Source of the DNA: Macrostomum lignano | Lineage: Eukaryota | Length of the DNA: 50,999 nucleotides | Reading direction: 5' to 3' | Assembly (NCBI GenBank): GCA_002269645.1 | Contig: NIVC01004308.1 | Span: forward strand, 1-50,999 | In this document: piece by piece, positions 8,358 to 16,248 of the stretch | How the letters are laid out: each line of letters starts with the position of its first letter | How positions within the stretch are numbered: the stretch's first letter is position 1 | The notes under the pieces: model-generated | What the model saw: only the letters and a program-made list of their open reading frames with translations | What the model was told of the DNA's origin: nothing | The model's database searches: none | Made by a program: the position numbers and the translations under genes

Positions 8358-9830
8358 TTACAATGGTGCGTCCCGAACAATCGTGCCATCAGCTTTAGCA
8401 ATTGACATATATTCCTCTAGAAACAATACGTGGGCGTCAAGTGCCTGATTACCGGTTTTATTAATCTCTAACATATAATTAAGTCCAATATTGGCTACGT
8501 TTTCTTTCTGTGCCGTTAGATCATAAACAACCACTGGATGAATGTTTAGAAACTCTGTGGGTGTGTACTGAGGGACGGCATACGCTTCATTTTTGGCATA
8601 ATCTTGATAATATTTTATAAAATCATTAACATTATTATTTGCAATATTTAGATTAAGAGGATCTTTAACCGGATAATATTGATCATCAACCTGCAGGCGG
8701 ATATTCTGAACATTAAACTCGTTAATTGCAGCAACTGCGTTGTCTGTTGCGGTGGCTGCTTGTTCTGCTATGGCACCGGATTGAAGCCAATATAAATCCC
8801 CATTTGCTCTTTTACTCCTTCTATTTGTTATCTTAAACCAAACAAAAATATATCTCACCCGACGTTTTGATGTCAGTATTTGCCACTGGAATGAATCCTG
8901 ATTGTTATTAATGGTTCGCATAAAGTGTCTACGATTCAAATAAAATATTTCCTGATCATGCGTTAATTGATTATCGATGTGTTTTAAAAGCGGAGCTGTT
9001 ACCTCAATAGTTGGTACGACTAATTGAATTGAATCTATACGAACTGCTATATCGGTTGAAATTGAGGTTCCATAAAGTATCCTAGGCTGATATCCACCAG
9101 ATATTTGCAACTGTATCCCAAATTTTAATCCTTTCCATACCCGATTTGGTGAGAAGAACCCAAATAGCGGGAAGATTGAAAAGTCCTGCTCATATGCTGT
9201 TGCTGTGGTTAAAACCGCGACTGGGAATTTATTCTGACGAGCTATAAAACCTGTATTAATATCTTTTGTATTAGTCATGGTGGTTACAACTGGAACTATG
9301 TTTGTATTAAGGTAAACAATTAGCGCTGCAGTATCTGCACCGGCTGCGTTTTGTACATTAGGTAAAACTACTGCTTGCCCGTTACCTTTATCCGGCATCC
9401 ACCCAACATTATCACCAACTTGTTTTGATAAATAAGTATAATTTAAATGTTTCAAAACTCCATTAATCTCTGCGGGGTTTGATGATGTCTCAACCTCAGC
9501 ACCATTAACAGTTAGTTGAGCTTGGGAAAAACATTTATAAAACCAATCATTTTCAATTATTATTCCGGATCGATCTGCGATATCTCCGCCTGCAAGAGCA
9601 GTTCCATCATTTCTAGTATACAACCATCTAACGCGGAAAAACGCATTTTTCATATCCAATATAGTGTTGGTTGCGCCGATGTCAAAAGTTACCGTTCCAG
9701 TAGTAAAGTTATTTGAATTATCACTTGTTGGTAGGGTATAATTTAAATCGTTTGCTCTGACCTCATTAATATACTGTCGGTGCTTTTTGAAATGAAATTT
9801 ATCACTCCACATAGTTTTTGTTTCAGCCAT
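8358..9830 (-). CDS. Major capsid protein (double jelly-roll)
   Basis: 490 aa, adjacent to ATPase; AQLTVNGAEVE, RLQVDDQYYP, HPVVVYDLT motifs typical of Polinton MCP. Confidence 0.85.
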   Translation of the reverse strand: MAETKTMWSDKFHFKKHRQYINEVRANDLNYTLPTSDNSNNFTTGTVTFDIGATNTILDMKNAFFRVRWLYTRNDGTALAGGDIADRSGIIIENDWFYKCFSQAQLTVNGAEVETSSNPAEINGVLKHLNYTYLSKQVGDNVGWMPDKGNGQAVVLPNVQNAAGADTAALIVYLNTNIVPVVTTMTNTKDINTGFIARQNKFPVAVLTTATAYEQDFSIFPLFGFFSPNRVWKGLKFGIQLQISGGYQPRILYGTSISTDIAVRIDSIQLVVPTIEVTAPLLKHIDNQLTHDQEIFYLNRRHFMRTINNNQDSFQWQILTSKRRVRYIFVWFKITNRRSKRANGDLYWLQSGAIAEQAATATDNAVAAINEFNVQNIRLQVDDQYYPVKDPLNLNIANNNVNDFIKYYQDYAKNEAYAVPQYTPTEFLNIHPVVVYDLTAQKENVANIGLNYMLEINKTGNQALDAHVLFLEEYMSIAKADGTIVRDAPL

Positions 9831-9864
9831 TTTTTTAAGTTAAAAAAGTTTTTTATGTTAAAAA

Positions 9865-10535
9865 ATGAGTCAATTTATGGACGTTGATGGAGAGTTAGCG
9901 ATTTATAAAGAGAAGCAAAGATATTCTGATTTTGTTAGAAATTTACAAAAAAGAAAGTTAGGAATACAATTAGCGGGTGAAAGATTTGCTGCTCCTTTTG
10001 TTAATCCTATTACTGGGAAAATTAGTGAACTAGAAAAAACAGATAAAGATCTTCTGGAAAAAATTGCTAAAAATACTGAGCCAAAAGAGGATGAAATTTT
10101 GGATGAGCCGCCTGCTTATGATGTTGATCAAGCTCAATTGAGAGTTGCAGAGATTAGGGCTGCAGAAAGGGGTGGAGTTGATGAATATCCGAGAGCTGCA
10201 CCAACTAGTATTGCTGTGACAGATTTAGGTAATAATAATTATCGAATTGGTGGAGTTGATAAAAATCGAAATGAACTATATAGAGAATTGGGCGGAGCAT
10301 ATAATATTGTTATGAACCCTAGGGTAAAATTTAACCCTGAATTATATACTAGGGATGAATTAGTAAGTGCAAAAATTTTTTATGATGAGTTGGGAGTAAG
10401 AGCTGCTAAAAATACCAGCTTGTATAAAAGATTGTTAATTCTATAAATAACAAACCAGCTGTTGGAGAAGGATTTAAAACTCCTAGAAAACTTGTTTTAG
10501 CTGCCGCGAAAGCTGCTGGACATACTGGTGTTTAA
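9865..10535 (+). CDS. Conserved Polinton protein (putative core/PZ-like); -1 frameshift near 10440
   Basis: Intact 221-aa version in copy 2 (42210..42875); divergent from MCP; GxG-F putative protease site. Confidence 0.6.
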
Positions 10536-10562
10536 TTAATTGTTAAATTTATTTTTTATAAA

Positions 10563-11152
10563 ATGGAAACTAATAAGATTTGTACTAAGTGTAAACAAGA
10601 AAAACCGATGACGAAAGAATTTTATTTTTGGAGAAATGATTCAAAAAAATTTAGAAATGATTGTCGATCTTGTCATAATACCTCATCTGCTATTTGGATA
10701 AAAAACAATAAAGATAAATGGAATGAATATAGAAAAAATAAGTATCACACTGATGATAATTACAAACATATTGTTTTAATTAGAAATAGAATAAATTGGG
10801 CGTTGAAAAATTTTAATGACAAGGACTATATCTCATATCTTGGTTGCACAAAAGAATTCTTTTTTGATTGGTTAAATTTCACAAGAAATTATTATGTATC
10901 AAAAGATTATACTGGAAAGTTAGATATTGATCATTTCATTCCCGCTTCTTCGTTTAGTTACAAAGATGAAGATCAGATGAAAAAGTCTGAACATTGGACA
11001 AATAAAAGATACTTAACTAGCGTAGATAATAACTATAAAAAAGTTAAACAACCAACCATTGAAGAGTTTGCAAAACAATTGGTGCTTTCATGTATTTTTA
11101 AGGCTATTAAAAATGAGCAACCGAACGAAGTTCGCGTTCCTTCGGAACGATC
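10563..11152 (+). CDS. Free-standing HNH (NCLDV-type) endonuclease; ORF runs on to 11303 in this copy because of a 29-nt insert
   Basis: CTKC...CRSC zinc motif, YLGC, LDIDHFIP, HWTN...DNN HNH core. Confidence 0.8.
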
Positions 11153-12752
11153 GGGCGGAGCCGCGTGCCTTAGGCACGATCAAATAGTGTTTGAAGGAGG
11201 ATTGTTAGATGTTCAAAAAGGATTAACAAGCTTACCACCAATCTTTACTACTGGAAGGTATACTGGGGAACTACATTTACCATCAATGAACTTCACAGGT
11301 TAACCCGTGGCCTGAGTGAGGAAGGCAATGTCCTTGCTAGTCACTATTTGTGGCGACATCTCCAAATTGCGTGAAACCCGTCATACTGCTTCAAGTACCA
11401 CTTCAATTGAGAAATCTTTTGAAGGAACAGAGGTAACTCCTCTTCCCAAAGGTAAAAAGCTTGAAGACACGGTGGCAATGCGCAGCCAAGCTCCTAAGTA
11501 TTTTAAATATAAGGAGAAGGTTCAGAGAGCAGACGGAGATGGGCGGTAATTATCGCCGCTTAAGGTGTGCTCCAGCCTCTTTCGAAAGATTGAGGGTAAA
11601 CTACCCGGCACTCGCTTAGATTTGAGATTAAATCCTGATGACACCCCAAAAGCCGATTCAATTCCCATAAATGGAATTGATTGGTTAGCATACTATCATG
11701 ACTTAGCATACAGAGATGCTGATAAGAACACACCCGAGGAAGCATTAAGATTAAAACATGAAGCCGATCAAAAAATGATTCAAGGATTAGATAACTTGCA
11801 GGGATTATCGGTAGGTCAAAAATTAACTAGGTGGATGGTTAAAAAGATTCTACAATCTAAAGTTAAATTTGGTTTGGGAATTAATTATAATCAACATGGA
11901 AATAATTGTGTTGAGTGTTTGTTGTTAAGTGGCGGTGGGTTAAGTTCTGATGAGGCAAAGATTCTTCATAAAGAATATCGAAAACCTAAATTTTATAGAA
12001 AAATCATGAACTTCAAAAAGAACGAAATTTGGTATGCTGATTTAATGTCTATGCCGATCGATAAAGGATATAAATATATTTTAACCATATTAGATGGTTT
12101 TACTCGATACGCGTGGGCTGTTCCTTTGAAATCCAAAAAAGGAGAGGATGTTGCTGCTGCTTTTAGAAGTCTTGGAGAAAAAAGCGAAAGATTGTGTGTT
12201 GACGAAGGAAAAGAATTTTACAATCCTCATATGTATAAATTGTATCATTTTGAAAAAGGAAAAGAAAGGATGAAGGGCGCGAATGGGGAGTATATTAATA
12301 AAATTTATTCTATTTATGGAGAGAGTAAAAACGCATTAATAGAAAGATTTAATCGAACTTTAGGTAAGAAATTGTGGTTTCAGTTTAGTCTTAATGGAAA
12401 CCAAAAATGGGTAAAAATATTACCAGACGTTGTAAAAGATTATAACAATTCATATCATTCGGCCATAAAGATGGCTCCTCAACAAGCTTATAACAAACCT
12501 GAAAATGTTAAGGTTACTTTTGGAAAATTTGAAAAAAATAAAAAGAAATCTTTTAAGGTTGGTGATTCTGTTTATATCTATAAATGGAAAGATAAGTTTG
12601 AAAAAGGAAGAAAAGGATATTGGAAGATAAGTGAGAAATTTACTATCAGTAAAGTTTTAAATACCAATCCTACAACCTATATAATTGCTGATAAGGACGG
12701 TGAAGAAATATTGGGTTCGTTTTATGAGAACCAACTAATATCAGCGAACTAA
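11113..12752 (+). CDS. Phospholipase A2 (parvovirus-type) fused to rve integrase; exon 1 11113..11300 (frameshift at ~11160), exon 2 11604..12752
   Basis: Spliced ELHLPSMNFTG|PGTRL restores the PLA2 Ca-loop; HDLAY and D catalytic residues; integrase W.ADL, D-EGKEF, IERFNRTL (DDE). Confidence 0.9.
11301..11603 (+). ncRNA. Group I self-splicing intron, subgroup IC1-like, 303 nt, no internal homing ORF
   Basis: P1 with U-G at 5' splice site (CAGGT/GCCTG), P2, P2.1, P3 CATCTCC(11357-63)/GGAGATG(11535-41), P/Q elements AATTGCGTGAAA/AATGCGCAGC, P5abc, P6, P7 GAGAGCA(11525-31)/TGCTCC(11568-73), P8, P9 with GAAA loop, P9.0; removal restores reading frame. Confidence 0.93.
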
Positions 12753-12762
12753 GTTCGAACAA

Positions 12763-12987
12763 TTACTTGAGACAACATGGTAGTAAATTTTTTATAACAA
12801 ACAAAAACAATATTATTACAATAATTGTTACTAATATTATTATTGACATTTGTTCAACTGTTATCAAACTTAAATTTTCATTAAGTTCATTAATTGGAAC
12901 ATTTCCGATGTAGGAATAGTTTACCTTCATTTTTTTATATATATTTTTCACAATAAATGTCGTTTCTGTTATAGAATAATAGTTCAT
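12763..12987 (-). CDS. Small single-TM viral protein (74 aa)
   Basis: Hydrophobic C-terminal helix; identical in copy 2 (39788..40012). Confidence 0.6.
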   Translation of the reverse strand: MNYYSITETTFIVKNIYKKMKVNYSYIGNVPINELNENLSLITVEQMSIIILVTIIVIILFLFVIKNLLPCCLK

Positions 12988-13003
12988 TTTTTAAATATTT
13001 TTT

Positions 13004-13318
13004 TCACATAAAAATTTCACTTTCATTCTCTGAATCGCTGGTTTCATATGAACTATTTGTTGATTCGGAATCTGTTGATCTAACCTCCCAATCATCCGAA
13101 TTTAAATAATCTCCAAGTTGAAATATTAACTCACCCTCTTGTTCTAAATCAAACATCTCATCTAGCTCTAATGGATAAAGTTTTAGGTCGTGCTTGTCGT
13201 CATATTTTAAATAAACTTCATCAATTATTCCATTCAAAATATGTTGTTTTATTATCTCTGCATTTTTAGCAACAGTCTCAAAAGTATCACTAACAGAAAA
13301 GGTGTAAACTCGGGTCAT
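13004..13318 (-). CDS. Acidic hypothetical viral protein (104 aa), terminal gene
   Basis: Near-identical in copy 2 (39457..39771); AAAAATG start. Confidence 0.65.
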   Translation of the reverse strand: MTRVYTFSVSDTFETVAKNAEIIKQHILNGIIDEVYLKYDDKHDLKLYPLELDEMFDLEQEGELIFQLGDYLNSDDWEVRSTDSESTNSSYETSDSENESEIFM

Positions 13319-13372
13319 TTTTAGTAACAGAAAAAGACCCTTCGCGCCTGCGGCGCGGGCAAGGGGTTATAG

Positions 13373-13643
13373 AGTAGTAGTATAGAAAAAGACGCTTCTA
13401 GATCAGACCTTATTTTAATGGCCGTTTGTAAGGTCTTAAGAGGGGGGACGCGAGGGGGGTGTTGGGGAGTGTTTGGAAGTGTTTGGAAGTGATTTTTATT
13501 GTTAGGGGTGATTATGGGTGATTAGATGTATTAATGGTGTTTAGATGTGTTTTTTTATTTACCCCCCGTGTCCCCCCTCTAGACCCTTAAAACGGTCATT
13601 AAAAAAGTGCTCTGGGTCTAGAAGCGTCTTTTTATATACTACT
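13373..13643. repeat. Terminal region of copy 1 (TIR-side end) with internal inverted copy of the terminus
   Basis: AGTAGTAGTATAGAAAAAGACGCTTCTAGA at 13373 and TCTAGAAGCGTCTTTTTATATACTACT ending 13643; same segment at 39132..39402. Confidence 0.85.
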
Positions 13644-14000
13644 CAGATTCCCAACAATCTCACCCAGATTCCCAAAAATCTCAGCTAGATTCCGAACAAG
13701 CTCACCCAGATTCCCAACAAGCTCACCCAGATTCCCAAAAATCTCACCCAGATTCTCAACAACCTCACCCAGATTCCCAAAAATCTCACCCAGATTCTCA
13801 ACAACCTCACCCAGATTCCCAAAAATCTCACCCAGATTCCCACAAATCTCACCCAGATTCCCAAAAATCTCACCCAGATTCCCACAAATCTCACCCAGAT
13901 TCTCAACAACCTCACCCAGATTCCCAAAAATCTCACCCAGATTCTCAACAACCTCACCCAGATTCCCAACAATTTCACCCAGATTCCCAACAATCTCACC
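13644..14000. repeat. 21-bp minisatellite (CACCCAGATTCCCAACAATCT), insertion site of copy 1
   Basis: Direct tandem units visible. Confidence 0.9.
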
Positions 14001-14029
14001 AAGAGTATATCAATCTCATCAATCCGCAG

Positions 14030-15154
14030 AACCTCCTTGGCGGCGCGCTGTTCGGCCTTGCGCGCGGTTTTCCTCTGTGCTGCTTGCTGACAGCCTGCGG
14101 CGCCACCGGCTGCTACCTGATGTCGCGCCACTTCGGCAAGCGCCTGGTTGAGCGGGCTTTTCACAGGCGCCTGGAGCCGCTGCGCCGGCGAGTGCAGCAA
14201 AATCGGCGCTCCCTGTTCGCTATGCTGCTGTCCCTGCGCCTGTTCCCCATGTCGCCCAACTGGTTTCTCAACATGGCCTCGCCGCTACTGGGCGTACCGC
14301 TGCTCCACTTCTTCCCCTCCGTGTTTCTCGGTGAGAATTTTATTGCTGCATTCATTGAATGTAATCGAGTCATGCAGTGTCTAGAGCACTCCAGTCATGC
14401 AGTGTCTAGAGCACTCCAGTCATGCAGTGTCTAGAGCACTCCAGTCATGCAGTGTCTAGAGCACTCCAGTCATGCAGTGTCTAGAGCACTCCAGTCATGC
14501 AGTGTCTAGAGCACTCCAGTCATGCAGTGTCTAGAGCACTCCAGTCATGCAGTGTCTAGAGCACTCCAGTCATGCAGTGTCTAGAGCACTCCAGTCCTTC
14601 AGTGTCTAGAGCACTCCAGTCATTCAGTGTCTAGAGCACTCCAGTCATGCAGTGTCTAGAGCACTCCAGTCATGCAGTGTCTAGAGCACTCCAGTCCTTC
14701 AGTGTCTAGAGCACTCCAGTCATTCAGTGTCTAGAGCACTCCAGTCATGCAGTGTCTAGAGCACTCCAGTCATGCAGTGTCTAGAGCACTCCAATATTTA
14801 CAGTAAAATCAGTAAATGGGTCGTGGAAAGATTTCCACTACTGTGGAATGCGCTTATTAAGTCACTTATTAAACATGCATTTCGCAGTATTGATAGCAAT
14901 ATATACGAGTACAAATTACAAATCTCCCTTTGGCAGGCCTAATGCCATACAATTTCATCACGGTCGAAGCCGGCTGCATGCTCAGCAGTTTAACCTCAAT
15001 CAGCGACCTGTTCTCAACGGGCACCATGTTGAAACTCACCGTCTTGTCCGGCCTTGTGGCCGCGTTTGTCTTGCTAAAAAGGCGTTACGCCTCCCCTGAA
15101 ACCTTGAGGCAGTCGGAGTACAGCGACGGCCTCCTAAATGGAAAGGGGCTATGA
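14030..15154 (+). CDS. TMEM41A: TMEM41A-like (VTT/DedA family) gene, last two exons 14030..14330 and 14937..15154
   Basis: NLLGGALFG...GATGCYLMS...LRLFPMSPNWFLNMASPLLGVP...G|LMPYNFI matches TMEM41A; AG/GT sites with matching phase 1. Confidence 0.85.
14368..14792. repeat. 25-bp minisatellite (CCAGTCATGCAGTGTCTAGAGCACT, ~17 copies) in TMEM41A intron
   Basis: Direct tandem units with near-palindromic AGTGTCTAGAGCACT core. Confidence 0.92.
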
Positions 15155-16248
15155 AATAGTCAATTTTATATAGATGTTTACAGTTCCATTCGACCTGGGG
15201 ATTCGCTGACGGACGCAAATGAAAATACTCGCATTGTTGTGTCTGAATCAGATCTCCGTACTCGTGGCACTGTGCTTATAGTTATAGTTTGTTTTCTTCT
15301 GATAACCAGCTCCTGTTTTTGCACGTTATAAGCGCACGTTTTCACACAGCTGTTCCCTATAGGCAGCCTTTTGTTGTGGTTGCATTTTGCTTTAATGCAG
15401 TTCTGCTTCAGAAAACAAGCAAAAATAAATCGAACAAAGATTAGGTTGCTACCTTTTGCCGAGAATTCGTATGCATAATTAAACTGAATGCCTTCTGGTT
15501 TAGACTTTTCACCTGTGGTAGTGGTCTATAAAAGCCATTAAAAGGCAGGGTCTCTACTGGCGGGGTCTGGCATTAGCACCCACTATCTGTAGGGTCCGGT
15601 GGAAATGAGCAAAATTGATTTCGAGTAGGACATCTACAGGGTTGAAAATTGGATGACAAAAACTGAGGACTTGTTCACACCGCCGTCAAGTAGGCTATTA
15701 AATCGCATGACTGATGTACAAAGCGATGAAAAATGAAGTACAAATCGGTAATCGCATAAATTGGCCTCGTTTGATGGCGAGGTGTTCTGTCGGTCATCGA
15801 ATTGTCAAAGAAGTCGCCTGCTACATCAACCGTGTTTCAGAGAATCGAATACTTTGTGATGATGAGCACTGTTGACTTTGACTGCTGTCATTTCCCTGCT
15901 CCTTGTGTTAGGCATTGGCAGCTCCGGTGAGCGCTTATGCCAGTCCTACGAGTACATTGGATGACAGTCCCAGTGGCTTATTTCAAATGAGAACTACTGA
16001 GCAAAATCAGCTTTGAATGTTCAAAAAACAATTGTGTGAGATAAAATTCTTTGCACAAGTTTTATTTCTTTGTGACTATTATATTTCACAGTTTACAATG
16101 TAACTTTAAAAGATTTTTTACCTGGATGAATTGATTTTTCGGGGAGTAATAAAATACAACAATTGCTTTTGTAAGTAACTCTTCATGGGAGTTCGACACA
16201 ATACAGAAGTTTTTGCCTCAACAAAAAATGAGTGACGCTGACGAAAAA

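Larger units (their letters stand above)
1..13643. mobile_element. Polinton/Maverick (adintovirus-like) endogenous virus, copy 1; left end outside window
   Basis: AT-rich gene-dense block with pPolB, rve integrase, adenain protease, A32 ATPase, major and minor capsid; ends in ...TATACTACT (reverse complement AGTAGTA..., typical Polinton terminus) at 13643, followed by an abrupt switch to host minisatellite. Confidence 0.96.

Noticed and set aside
10536-11180. A second group I intron enclosing the HNH gene
   Set aside because: No P3/P4/P7 core elements found around the HNH ORF, and both neighbours have their own start and stop codons
10563-11303. 246-aa HNH-PLA2 fusion protein
   Set aside because: Arises from a 29-nt (not 30-nt) hairpin unit; copy 2 has separate frames with its own AAAAATG start
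11316-11549. 77-aa ORF inside the intron (also 41226..41459) as a homing endonuclease or maturase
   Set aside because: GTG start, no nuclease motif, and it overlaps the catalytic core; conservation is explained by RNA structure
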